DNA of 59,810 nucleotides from a virus (taxonomy: Duplodnaviria > Caudoviricetes). The translations under genes were made by a program, and so were the position numbers. How positions within the stretch are numbered: the stretch's first letter is position 1; each line of letters starts with the position of its first letter. Positions 17,990-26,935 of this stretch are shown here, one piece after another. Location of the stretch: positions 1 through 59,810 of the IMG/VR virus record IMGVR_UViG_3300035182_000400; one strand, 5' to 3'. The notes under the pieces were generated by a model that was given only the letters and a program-made list of their open reading frames with translations, was not told the DNA's origin and made no database searches.

Positions 17990-18274
17990 TTACATATTTT
18001 TAAAATGACTTCCGCAAGGCTCACATTCAGGAAAATCATCGCAACGCTTTATGCATATTCCTTTCTCTACCACTTTAAAGGTCTGTAACGCTTCGTACAG
18101 TTCTCCTTCTAAGGTTTTCTGAACCCATTTAGTCGAACCAGCACTAGAATCTTGGTCTAGCCAGTGCTGAACGAATAAGTCAATCCGTTTCTGTTCTAGT
18201 GCTATTTTGGCTGCCTTAGTCCAAACTCCAAACTTACCTTTCGATATTGCCTTAGTGAATTGTTTCTTAGTCAT
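17990..18274 (-). CDS. Hypothetical protein
   Basis: ORF-track frame; start placed at MTKKQ to avoid overlap; C-terminal Cys cluster. Confidence 0.55.
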   Translation of the reverse strand: MTKKQFTKAISKGKFGVWTKAAKIALEQKRIDLFVQHWLDQDSSAGSTKWVQKTLEGELYEALQTFKVVEKGICIKRCDDFPECEPCGSHFKNM

Positions 18275-18284
18275 CTTGTTAGAT

Positions 18285-19178
18285 TTAACTTTGTAATGAT
18301 AAAGAACCTCTCTTAAAGAATCCAAATGTAGGGTCAGTTGGAGACTTGGTGACAGTACCAGTAAATGATACTCTCATATCTTTAGTGAAATCTTCAAAGA
18401 ATTTTTCTCCTACAGGCATGCTTCCCCAAACTTTTTGTCCATTATCGAACTGTAGCAACAGCTTTGCTCTTAACTCGTTTGAGGTAAAATTATCATTCTT
18501 AATCCATCTGTCGATTTTCAATATTTCAGCATCTAAACCCTTCTTTCTGCCGTCAACGATATGCTCGATGTTTTGTATTCTTATCTGCTTTAACTCTTCA
18601 AACTTTCTAGTAGTTTCTTGAAGCTTGAAAACTAGCTTAACCTGCGCATCAGACAAGCTATGATACTTAACGAAATTTTCTCGAATACTCCTAACAATAT
18701 CGTGGTCTGTTTTCAAAGCATCTTCTAAACCTTCATGCTGAATTAAGAATTGATTTCTTATGTAAAGGTTTGCTGATTTTTTTCTAGCCATCATATTCTT
18801 ATCCTTGGCATTTTTTACAAACGATTCTATTTGGTCTGTTTTCAAACTCAATCCTCTTCCACAGTCAGAACCGAATGAATGCAAAGTCTCATTTACATTA
18901 TCGATGGCAAATACTACATAACTTATATGTCTGTTACAATGATTGCAATTACATTTGCCTCCCAACACTCTGCCCTTTAACTCATCAAAAGCGACAGAGT
19001 ATTTTCCTTTTGAATTGTAATCAAACAACTCTTCATCTCTGATAAAGTCGATTTGCAACTCAAAATCCTTTTCATAACCATCCCCACATTCTTCCAAGTA
19101 AAGCAAACCACATACTGTAAAATCGTCTGGATTAATCTCCGAACCGATGAACTGAATATTTTCGTACTTCTTAATCAT
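18285..19178 (-). CDS. Hypothetical protein with Zn-binding motif and OB-like C-terminus
   Basis: CNHC...GSDC; C-terminal RVSFTGTVTKS...FGFFKR. Confidence 0.65.
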   Translation of the reverse strand: MIKKYENIQFIGSEINPDDFTVCGLLYLEECGDGYEKDFELQIDFIRDEELFDYNSKGKYSVAFDELKGRVLGGKCNCNHCNRHISYVVFAIDNVNETLHSFGSDCGRGLSLKTDQIESFVKNAKDKNMMARKKSANLYIRNQFLIQHEGLEDALKTDHDIVRSIRENFVKYHSLSDAQVKLVFKLQETTRKFEELKQIRIQNIEHIVDGRKKGLDAEILKIDRWIKNDNFTSNELRAKLLLQFDNGQKVWGSMPVGEKFFEDFTKDMRVSFTGTVTKSPTDPTFGFFKRGSLSLQS

Positions 19179-19183
19179 AACTC

Positions 19184-19336
19184 TTAGTTTTCTTCGTTGA
19201 TAACTCGTTTAACTCCTGTCTTCTCAATCACCTCTTTTATGTCGCTAAAAAGACTGATTCCTTGGTCGAAAGTTAGTACTGAAATATCATACCCTAACTT
19301 GTCTAATGCTTCGAAAATTATTATTAAATCTTTCAT
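19184..19336 (-). CDS. Small hypothetical protein
   Basis: ORF-track frame; start placed at MKDLII. Confidence 0.5.
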   Translation of the reverse strand: MKDLIIIFEALDKLGYDISVLTFDQGISLFSDIKEVIEKTGVKRVINEEN

Positions 19337-19347
19337 CTTTGTTGAAT

Positions 19348-19590
19348 TTATAGTGAATAATATGTATCTGAACAACCATTAGCAGCAGAGTTTGTCTTAG
19401 CATTATTAAGATTGCTAATCAAAGACTTTATGCTCTTAGGATTTCGATTGATTTTCTTATTACCCTTTTCGTGTTGCCAAGATTCACCGACCTCTAGTGT
19501 ATAGGAAAAATATTTAACTAACTCTTCGATAGTTCCTGAAGTTTCGCTCACTCGTCCTCTTCTTTCTGATTTAACTGTAAAAGTACCCAT
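19348..19590 (-). CDS. Hypothetical early protein
   Basis: 80-aa ORF immediately downstream of repeated promoter copy 2. Confidence 0.7.
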   Translation of the reverse strand: MGTFTVKSERRGRVSETSGTIEELVKYFSYTLEVGESWQHEKGNKKINRNPKSIKSLISNLNNAKTNSAANGCSDTYYSL

Positions 19591-19607
19591 TATATTTCGT
19601 TTTTAAG

Positions 19608-19682
19608 ATTAATTCTTAAACGAAGTTCTATATAATTTTTTATATAGCAATGAAGAAGTTCAATTATTTTACAAAGTATTTT
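19608..19682 (-). promoter_or_regulatory. Repeated host-type early promoter, copy 2
   Basis: TTG(19650-19648)-N19-GAACTTCG(19628-19621); 47 bp identical to copy 1. Confidence 0.8.
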
Positions 19683-19794
19683 GTATATTGTAGTGTCTAT
19701 AGGAAACGAAGAATGGAGACTTTTACATCTCCATTCGTATATAACAAATACTATCGTATTTCGGTCAGCTTTTCTTATCAGCTTATTCCTTATG

Positions 19795-20058
19795 CTATTC
19801 ACGTTTATATACTTGTCCACGCCTTGGGCTGACCTTCCCATACAGACAGTCGACTTTGGTTCCAACTGGTCGATTGCTGTCATACGCTTCACAGTCATGG
19901 GAGGACTTATGAACATAGTTATCAGCTGGGTTAAAAATATGCTCTTTAGGAATAATGAAATCGTCAATTACATATGTATAATGCTTCATCGAACAAGGTA
20001 TAACTACATACTCTGAACTCTCTAGACAAATCAAATACAATACAATTAATAATTTCAT
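19795..20058 (-). CDS. Hypothetical protein
   Basis: 87-aa ORF with a hydrophobic N-terminus. Confidence 0.5.
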   Translation of the reverse strand: MKLLIVLYLICLESSEYVVIPCSMKHYTYVIDDFIIPKEHIFNPADNYVHKSSHDCEAYDSNRPVGTKVDCLYGKVSPRRGQVYKRE

Positions 20059-20071
20059 TCCTGTTTATTTC

Positions 20072-20725
20072 TTATTCTACAATTACCCAATCCTCAGCTA
20101 AAATGTCTGTCTGAGATGCTAGCCAAGGAACGAATTTATTGTCTGCTGTTTTCATTCCTATCCAAGGCAATAATGTTGAGCCTTCAGATACACGGTCTGC
20201 TTGTTCGTCATGGATAAGCATATCATTGTAGGGTTCAACATGACGGAGCCACATCCCTTTCTCATTCCATCCTCCTCGTGCAACTTTACGTCCTTTCTTC
20301 ATAGCTTCTACTGCTAATCCAAATGTTAATGCATTAGAAGGTCTATTTGTCTCCTCGAATGATTCTTTGTCTTGCCACCACTCTGCTCCGTTATTAGCTA
20401 AACATTTGTAGCCTTCTTTTCCATCCTTCATTTCTGAATGAGCCAATAAGGACTTTGTTCCAATGTAATTTTGATACGGTGAATTGTTCATATTATTTGT
20501 ATTATTTGGTTTAAATTCTATTTTGAATATATTATAACTAAATGGAAGAACAAAACACATTGTTTCATGTATTGGATAAATCAGTCTTTTGAAAAATTGC
20601 CTGCCTGTGACATGAGAAATGAAATTATAACCTCTCTCTGTTACTTTCTCAAAATGATAAGATTTTCCTTGTATCTGATAAACCTCTCCAATTTCCAGAT
20701 TAAATCTTTTTAATCTAACTGTCAT
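20072..20725 (-). CDS. tad2: Tad2 (DUF2829)-like anti-Thoeris/anti-CBASS nucleotide sponge with N-terminal extra domains; probable internal start at 20491
   Basis: C-terminus LTFGLAVEAMKKGRKVARGGWNEKGMWL...IGMKTADNKFVPWLASQTDILAEDW fits the Tad2/DUF2829 signature. Confidence 0.85.
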   Translation of the reverse strand: MTVRLKRFNLEIGEVYQIQGKSYHFEKVTERGYNFISHVTGRQFFKRLIYPIHETMCFVLPFSYNIFKIEFKPNNTNNMNNSPYQNYIGTKSLLAHSEMKDGKEGYKCLANNGAEWWQDKESFEETNRPSNALTFGLAVEAMKKGRKVARGGWNEKGMWLRHVEPYNDMLIHDEQADRVSEGSTLLPWIGMKTADNKFVPWLASQTDILAEDWVIVE

Positions 20726-20726
20726 G

Positions 20727-21185
20727 CTATTTAGATTTTTTAGTTTCTTTGCGTAACTCTGACAATATGTTAGTCAGCATTAGTTTCTCTTCAAACGACA
20801 TCTTATCATATTCCTTCCTAGAATTGATTGCCGTCTCATATACCAAGTTTATATCAATATTTGCGTTTCTATGAGCTTGTCTTATTTCTTTTAATTCTTC
20901 AGAAGACTTACCATCTTTGATAGCCTTCATTATGTCCTTTAATCCTACGCCATAAATCTGACCTAGTGATTTCTCTAACTCAGCTATTAAATCTTTCGTT
21001 AATCTTTTTAGGTATTGCTTAAACAAACCTTCTTGCTCTAAATCTTCTAAATCATCGAACAAGGCTTGAGCATTTATCATCACGTTACATAACGTTGTGA
21101 CTTGGTCTTTGTAAATGAATTTCTTTTTATCTATCATGTAACTCAATAATTTCTTGTAACTCTTTAATTTCTTGCTCGACAGCAT
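20727..21185 (-). CDS. Hypothetical helical protein
   Basis: 152-aa ORF; true start may be MIDKK. Confidence 0.6.
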   Translation of the reverse strand: MLSSKKLKSYKKLLSYMIDKKKFIYKDQVTTLCNVMINAQALFDDLEDLEQEGLFKQYLKRLTKDLIAELEKSLGQIYGVGLKDIMKAIKDGKSSEELKEIRQAHRNANIDINLVYETAINSRKEYDKMSFEEKLMLTNILSELRKETKKSK

Positions 21186-21423
21186 TCATAATTTTTGCCT
21201 TCAAACCTCTCATAGCATAACGATGTTCCATTTTTAATGTAGCAAATCCTTTATTGTCTTCAAAACGTTTATGCTGAAAATTTAAGGACAGTTTTACAAG
21301 TTCACGATGACAGTTTGATTCTAGGTATGCTAGAAATTGCTTTAACTCAGCAATCTCTTCTTTCTTGTAAAGAACTATTTGACTTTCTTCAGACATTGCA
21401 ATCAGTTTTAACAATTTTTTCAA
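21127..21423 (-). CDS. Hypothetical protein
   Basis: 98-aa ORF; true start probably MSEES. Confidence 0.55.
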   Translation of the reverse strand: MKKLLKLIAMSEESQIVLYKKEEIAELKQFLAYLESNCHRELVKLSLNFQHKRFEDNKGFATLKMEHRYAMRGLKAKIMNAVEQEIKELQEIIELHDR

Positions 21424-21637
21424 CAGTTAATATCAACTCAAGTCTTCCATGTACTTCGATCATACTTCCCTCACCTGAATATTCCATTGTGTCTGCTCTT
21501 ATTGTAACGCTTGGTTTCTTGTTAAATGTTAAAAGCCAAGCCCACTTATCCTTGAACCAATGTTTAATTTTAACCCAACGAGATGTTGTTTTTGTAAAAA
21601 GCCAAAATAAGTCGTTATCTTCGTTTGTTTTGTTCAT
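21389..21637 (-). CDS. Hypothetical protein
   Basis: 82-aa Trp-rich ORF. Confidence 0.5.
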   Translation of the reverse strand: MNKTNEDNDLFWLFTKTTSRWVKIKHWFKDKWAWLLTFNKKPSVTIRADTMEYSGEGSMIEVHGRLELILTVEKIVKTDCNV

Positions 21638-21638
21638 A

Positions 21639-21869
21639 CTACTTCTCTAAAAACATGAACCACAATATAATCCTAGCTGCTCCGATTGATGCAAGAAATG
21701 CAATTAAAATAAAATACCAAAGCGCAATGAATCCACCTTCTCTTATGTTAGCTTCCCATCTTGTCTCGTCATGATACTGTCTGCTCGGCTTGAGCTTGTA
21801 CATCAAGAATATCCAAATTAAGAAAGTCAACACCGTAAATAATATGAATGTTATCGTCCAAGTCGTCAT
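21639..21869 (-). CDS. Two-transmembrane-helix membrane protein
   Basis: Two hydrophobic segments in 76 aa. Confidence 0.65.
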   Translation of the reverse strand: MTTWTITFILFTVLTFLIWIFLMYKLKPSRQYHDETRWEANIREGGFIALWYFILIAFLASIGAARIILWFMFLEK

Positions 21870-21871
21870 AC

Positions 21872-22129
21872 TTATTGTATTAAGTGAATAATTGATTCTG
21901 CTACCTGAATTACTGTCATCTTACCCCATTCTTCTGTATGGTCATCATTGATTGCAATATCGTAATGTTTCTCAATCTCCATACATAATTCTAATCGGTC
22001 AAGACTATCCAAACCTAAGTCATCTTGAAGTTTCAGTTTCGTATCTTCTGAAATCTGCTCTGTATCTACAAGAAATTTGTCAACAATTATCGTGTTGATA
22101 TCCTTTACTAATTGTTCTTTTACGTCCAT
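21872..22129 (-). CDS. acpP: Acyl carrier protein
   Basis: Acidic 85 aa with DDLGLDSLDRLELCMEIEKHYDIAI, containing the phosphopantetheine Ser in DSL. Confidence 0.9.
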   Translation of the reverse strand: MDVKEQLVKDINTIIVDKFLVDTEQISEDTKLKLQDDLGLDSLDRLELCMEIEKHYDIAINDDHTEEWGKMTVIQVAESIIHLIQ

Positions 22130-22130
22130 A

Positions 22131-23279
22131 CTACTTCTTTTTGGGGTTGTTTTTACTTATATCCTTAACTTTGTCCTTTTCTTCTACTGCTGTTTTATTG
22201 TTTATATTGGCTTTCATCCCCATAGACTTTTCTTTCTTTCTGGCTATCTTGTCCAACATCTCCTGCTTGATTCTTTCGGCTCTCGACATATCTTTGTCGT
22301 CATTATTCTCTTCAAGAACAATAGCATCTTCAATTTCGTCATCTCGTTTCTGAGCCTCACGCTTGATTCTTTCAAAGTCGTAATTCATCTGACTTGGGTA
22401 AACTAAGTCCGTTGCTAATGCCTCTTCCTCATTAAAAGTTCCTAATACATTGGAAAACTTATTGTAAAATGAGTTATTTAATGAGTAGATAAGTTTTATT
22501 GGACTAATACCCATTCTGGCTGCTACACGACCTAAAATTATTTCTTTTAGATTTAAAGATTTGTAAACCTCTTCACGCAAATGCATATGTACATTCGCTT
22601 CGTAACTTACATCTACTTTGCCGTTGATTGTTAATCTGTCTCCTTCTGCTTCTTTTCTGATGTGGTCAAGCGTTGATAATAATAGCTTGTAATCCTCACG
22701 TGCGTTCGTGTCGATATATTTGTCTTTTTGTCGACTGTAAAGATAAACCAACTCCTCAAGCCTACTGCGTTTTACTCCTAATCGGATATCAGCATATGAA
22801 GCCTTGAAGATGTCGATTCTTTTCTCAATCTCTTCTCTGTTCTCTGTCCTGAATCTCTTTACGGTATCTTTAGAAACAGGTATGCCCCACTCTTTGTTGA
22901 CAACCTTTAATGTCTCTTCTATCGAGAACATGCGTCCGAATAATTCTACAAGTTCCGTACGTCTGTCTGATAACAGTCCACTACTCCCTTTTACGTTCGC
23001 ACCTCCTTGTGGCTTACCAAATGCCTTCCTTTTTACCGCAGTTAGTTTATTCTGAAGCTTGTAATAAATCGACTTTTTTGTCAAAATACTGTTCTGTTCT
23101 TCGACAGGCAGATGCTCGACTAACTTAGTTATTATATGCGGAAATACAGCTAAATTAACTTCTGTTCCATCCGTACAAATTACAATCTTTTTATTATTTA
23201 AAATAGGATTGACAGACAATTTTAGAAACTCTTGATAGGCTTCTTTATCTACTACACCTTCTGGGATATTATTTTCCAT
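22131..23279 (-). CDS. Hypothetical protein, candidate terminase small subunit or DNA-binding protein
   Basis: 382 aa; HTH-like segment then IRLGVKRSRLEEL...LLSTLDHIRKE, reminiscent of DUF2280/TerS; charged tail. Confidence 0.4.
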   Translation of the reverse strand: MENNIPEGVVDKEAYQEFLKLSVNPILNNKKIVICTDGTEVNLAVFPHIITKLVEHLPVEEQNSILTKKSIYYKLQNKLTAVKRKAFGKPQGGANVKGSSGLLSDRRTELVELFGRMFSIEETLKVVNKEWGIPVSKDTVKRFRTENREEIEKRIDIFKASYADIRLGVKRSRLEELVYLYSRQKDKYIDTNAREDYKLLLSTLDHIRKEAEGDRLTINGKVDVSYEANVHMHLREEVYKSLNLKEIILGRVAARMGISPIKLIYSLNNSFYNKFSNVLGTFNEEEALATDLVYPSQMNYDFERIKREAQKRDDEIEDAIVLEENNDDKDMSRAERIKQEMLDKIARKKEKSMGMKANINNKTAVEEKDKVKDISKNNPKKK

Positions 23280-23432
23280 AAATTAATTACTTCACAAACA
23301 TAATGAGACTTGTTGTTAATAATACTTGTTCCTTATGAACTCTTCATAGGCATACTTATGAAATCATTGCTATGTTGCTGCGAGTTTATTCGATAATCTC
23401 GTCATTTTATCTTTTATTAGTAACGTTGTATT

Positions 23433-23464
23433 AAAAAGAAACACCCCTACCAGAGGAGTGTTTC
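23433..23464 (-). terminator. Intrinsic terminator
   Basis: GAAACAC/GTGTTTC stem followed by TTTTT on the minus strand. Confidence 0.65.
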
Positions 23465-23501
23465 AACCACAAACATTAAAGTAATAGAAATAACATATAA
23501 A

Positions 23502-23720
23502 TTAACTTTGTCGAATAAAAAGTTGCTTTTCAAATAACTTCTCTTCTGTTACAGAATCTGTTTTTGCATCACTAAAAGGACTTCCACCGCATTTAGTTAC
23601 CTTAAACTTTTTTCTGTTCGTTATCCTATTTCTTTTGCCCTGAAGAAGATATGAACAGTATCCGTAATTGAATACTAAAATATCCGTGTAAGGTGTCCAA
23701 TTGTTTCTAAATAGCCCCAT
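23502..23720 (-). CDS. Hypothetical protein
   Basis: 72-aa ORF. Confidence 0.55.
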   Translation of the reverse strand: MGLFRNNWTPYTDILVFNYGYCSYLLQGKRNRITNRKKFKVTKCGGSPFSDAKTDSVTEEKLFEKQLFIRQS

Positions 23721-23877
23721 ATTGTTTTGTTTTTATGTATCCTAATTTTCTTGCCTTCTTTTTAGCTTTCTTCAAAGTCCTTGCCCAAACGTAACCTTTA
23801 CCGAATCCGAATGGTTTGAATCCTTGTTCTAATTTTAAACGAATTAGCTCACGAGCCTCAGTTTCACTCCATTCCAT
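23707..23877 (-). CDS. Small basic protein (56 aa)
   Basis: Manual translation MEWSETEARELIRL...WARTLKKAKKKARKLG. Confidence 0.55.
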   Translation of the reverse strand: MEWSETEARELIRLKLEQGFKPFGFGKGYVWARTLKKAKKKARKLGYIKTKQYGAI

Positions 23878-23883
23878 AGCACT

Positions 23884-24747
23884 TTACTTAATTACTTTAA
23901 TAATCTGGTCTAATCTCCTATCGAACAAAGAACCATTCTCTTCTATTGTTACTGTCTTTACAGTACAATACTCTCCTTTGTAAGAGTTACGACCTGGAAT
24001 ATTCATAGCCACAATTACACCTTGAGCTTGTGAACCTAATACATTCCTGAACTTAACTTCGTCACCTACTGTAATTGTAAGTCTTCTGTTTGAATCATTG
24101 GCTTCTACTCGGTAAACAAGAGTACTGTTTGTTTTTGCCCCAGAACGTTTAAGATGCAATTCATTTTTCTTAGGCTCTTTTTTGTCCTTGTTCTCTTTAA
24201 TAGGCTCAGGTGTTTCTAATTCCTTTAATCCATATACAAATCTGCCTCTATCATTTAAGGTCTTAAAGTTATTTGGCGACTTTGTTATATGTCTAAGAAT
24301 GTTATTTATTCGAACAGAAAGATTTGAGTCAGTTCCCTCAAAATTAATTGCTTCTCTAATCTCTTTTGATGATAACGCTTTTCCTGCTTCCTTAATAGCT
24401 TCTATGACTTTCTCTTTAAAGGTCTTTCCTTTAGGTTTGTTTTTCAATTCCTCAAACATCCCTTTAGTTACTTCAACTTCCTTAGATTCTTTGCTATCAC
24501 TTACAAACAATATTTCTTTTGTTTCAGAATCATAAACAGTTACAGAAGTCGAATCAGAACCCTTTGCTTCATCCATGCCTCCGATTAATTCTAATGTCTC
24601 AGGTGCGTTTTCAACCTCAAGAATCATTTTAACTAATTGTGATGTAACTTCTGCCCTTCTGAAATCCACTTCTTTATCAGAATTTTGTACGATTGTTTGC
24701 TGATTTAACAGCTTGTTTATTAAATCGTATTTTACTTGTCTTTTCAT
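23884..24747 (-). CDS. Hypothetical protein with central winged-HTH-like segment
   Basis: TFKEKVIEAIKEAGKALSSKEIREA...GRFVYGL. Confidence 0.6.
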   Translation of the reverse strand: MKRQVKYDLINKLLNQQTIVQNSDKEVDFRRAEVTSQLVKMILEVENAPETLELIGGMDEAKGSDSTSVTVYDSETKEILFVSDSKESKEVEVTKGMFEELKNKPKGKTFKEKVIEAIKEAGKALSSKEIREAINFEGTDSNLSVRINNILRHITKSPNNFKTLNDRGRFVYGLKELETPEPIKENKDKKEPKKNELHLKRSGAKTNSTLVYRVEANDSNRRLTITVGDEVKFRNVLGSQAQGVIVAMNIPGRNSYKGEYCTVKTVTIEENGSLFDRRLDQIIKVIK

Positions 24748-24971
24748 GCTTGAGTGGTAGGTTTGATAATTTCGATTACAGGATATATTTTAAATCGGCA
24801 CTTGTTTATTATAAATGTTGTGTCTAGATTTTCATCCTTTTCCATATCAGCAAATGTCGTTATTAATCGGTATTGTTCTTCGCTGATTATCATAGCCATT
24901 TTAGGCTTCAGAGTGTTTGATTGTAAATCTAACTGTTCTCCTATTTCTAATCTATAAACTTGTGTACTCAT
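24744..24971 (-). CDS. Hypothetical protein
   Basis: 75-aa ORF with ATGA overlap. Confidence 0.6.
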   Translation of the reverse strand: MSTQVYRLEIGEQLDLQSNTLKPKMAMIISEEQYRLITTFADMEKDENLDTTFIINKCRFKIYPVIEIIKPTTQA

Positions 24972-25109
24972 CTGTTTGATTTTTCGATACTAACTTTGCT
25001 CTTAGATGTCAACCCGCAATTAAAACATTTCTTGATTATTATTCCAGCTTCTATTCTGATTCCTGATTTTGCAAAATCATGATACTTAGAACCTTTACAA
25101 GGATTTTCA

Positions 25110-25412
25110 TTAGATTTCTCCTTCATAATCTTCGTATTTGTAAGTTATGATACATTCACATTCGTCTGAAACTCTAACTTCCAATACAATCTTCTTTTCC
25201 TTTTTGTCTATAAATTGAATCAGCTTCTCAGGATGATTTTGGTGCTCTAGCTTATGAACTCTACAAATAGTTAATCCAAATGTAGACATTTGTTCTTTTA
25301 ACATGTTGTAAGTTCTACATCTGACGTCATTAAAGAAATCAACCTCAGAATCCTCAATAGAAATTTTTACACTTCTTGGGAAATTCAAATGTTTAAATAG
25401 CTTATCATTCAT
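25110..25412 (-). CDS. Hypothetical protein
   Basis: 100-aa ORF. Confidence 0.6.
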   Translation of the reverse strand: MNDKLFKHLNFPRSVKISIEDSEVDFFNDVRCRTYNMLKEQMSTFGLTICRVHKLEHQNHPEKLIQFIDKKEKKIVLEVRVSDECECIITYKYEDYEGEI

Positions 25413-25474
25413 TCTATAAATCTATTGTAATTGATTCAACTTCATCTCCAGGGTCACTTACGATGATAATAATT

Positions 25475-26014
25475 TTACTGTTCATTATTGTTGTATTTGT
25501 AATTATTAAAACTTTCACCCAATATATCTCTCAGACTCATATTTACATTGGTTGCTTTCTCACCCCAATCTATATTCAAATCTCTATCATAAGCAAATAT
25601 ACAAAATTGATGTTCTGGTTCATATTGACAATCTACTGCATAATTAACAACAGTATTATCTTCCAAACATAAAAATCCGTGAGCAAAGCCTTTAGGTATA
25701 AGTAATGTTCTTCTTTCAACATCATCTAATTTCACCTTAAAATGATGTCCGAATGTCTCTGAATCTGGTCTCATATCTAAAACTACATCTAATATTGAAC
25801 CCTTTGAACACCAAACTATTTTAGCTTGTTCGAATGGTTTCTCTTGGAAGTGCAAACCTCTTAAAACACCCTTATGAGACACAGATTGATTCAACTGAAC
25901 CATGTCGAAATTAAATTCCTTTTTGTAAAAAATTACGCTAAATAATCCTCTGTCATCCTTAAACAAATCAGGCTTCAAAACAAATAATCCTTCTGCTAAT
26001 TCTATTGATTCCAT
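25475..26014 (-). CDS. rmlC: dTDP-4-dehydrorhamnose 3,5-epimerase
   Basis: DDRGLF, QLNQSVSHKGVLRGLHFQ, QAKIV, DVVLDMRPDSETFG, IPKGFAHGF. Confidence 0.95.
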   Translation of the reverse strand: MESIELAEGLFVLKPDLFKDDRGLFSVIFYKKEFNFDMVQLNQSVSHKGVLRGLHFQEKPFEQAKIVWCSKGSILDVVLDMRPDSETFGHHFKVKLDDVERRTLLIPKGFAHGFLCLEDNTVVNYAVDCQYEPEHQFCIFAYDRDLNIDWGEKATNVNMSLRDILGESFNNYKYNNNEQ

Positions 26015-26016
26015 AA

Positions 26017-26232
26017 TTAATGTTTAAATTTTTTAAAAGCGCAAAACCATCTCACTTTAGGATATTTCTTATTTGCAATCATCTTCCACTTTTTAAATTC
26101 CTTACTCCTGTAAAACTCGTAATCATTTACTAATATTAAATACATGCCATTGTTAATAGTTGTTTCTTCTAAGTCCCAATCATATTGTGGAAACTTATCG
26201 GCAAATGTAAATACTATTTTTTCAATTGACAT
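26017..26232 (-). CDS. Hypothetical protein
   Basis: 71-aa ORF. Confidence 0.55.
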   Translation of the reverse strand: MSIEKIVFTFADKFPQYDWDLEETTINNGMYLILVNDYEFYRSKEFKKWKMIANKKYPKVRWFCAFKKFKH

Positions 26233-26672
26233 ATCAAATATTTTCTTGCCTCTCCAGCGAGGAAATCTACTCTTTCATTACTTTCAATTCCAGCGTGACC
26301 CTTTACTTTGACGAATTTAATTTTAAGTAACTTTGTATAGTGAAGCATCTCTTCCCATTTATCTCTATTCTTGATATCATACCAATCCATCTCAATCCAT
26401 CTTATGTACCACTTTTCAAGAAAGCAATTCACAACATAAGCACTGTCTGAGTGTAGGTCTATCTTATCTGTCAAATGATTCTGGTATGCATATTTTAAGG
26501 ATTGAATTACAGCTTCCATCTCCATCCTTGTAGATGTTGTTTCTTCTGTATAACCTAAATCTTCAAAGATAGTTTCTCCATCTTTTATTACTAAGAACGC
26601 CCACCCACCTATTCCTGAATTTTCGTGCTTCTTATTGTTATTACAAGAACCATCTGTCCAAATATGTATCAT
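26214..26672 (-). CDS. rnhA: Ribonuclease HI
   Basis: WTDGSC, TSTRMEMEA, SDSAY, IKNRDKW, VKGHAG, NERVDFLA. Confidence 0.95.
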   Translation of the reverse strand: MIHIWTDGSCNNNKKHENSGIGGWAFLVIKDGETIFEDLGYTEETTSTRMEMEAVIQSLKYAYQNHLTDKIDLHSDSAYVVNCFLEKWYIRWIEMDWYDIKNRDKWEEMLHYTKLLKIKFVKVKGHAGIESNERVDFLAGEARKYLICQLKK

Positions 26673-26935
26673 TTACCCAATACTTCAACAGATTCATTTT
26701 CTTTTCGATATATTCCTGGACCACCAAACTCTGGGTCTTGAATCACCCTGAGACCTTTGTATTTTTTTAATACAAATCCTGAGTTAGTAACCCAAACTTG
26801 CATTTCTTGACAACTTAATTTTAACGTAGTGTATGACAAATCACCCATCACCAAAACCATAGGTTCAATTCCTTTGCTTCTCAGAGAAAGCAATTGTGTC
26901 TCTATTTCTAAATCAATCTGTTCGAAATTTTTCAT
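26669..26935 (-). CDS. Hypothetical protein
   Basis: 88-aa ORF coupled to neighbours. Confidence 0.6.
   Translation of the reverse strand: MKNFEQIDLEIETQLLSLRSKGIEPMVLVMGDLSYTTLKLSCQEMQVWVTNSGFVLKKYKGLRVIQDPEFGGPGIYRKENESVEVLGK

Noticed and set aside
19590-19967. 125-aa ORF as annotated in the ORF track
   Set aside because: It overlaps 19795-20058 extensively and runs through the conserved promoter repeat; at most a short GTG-initiated portion may be real.
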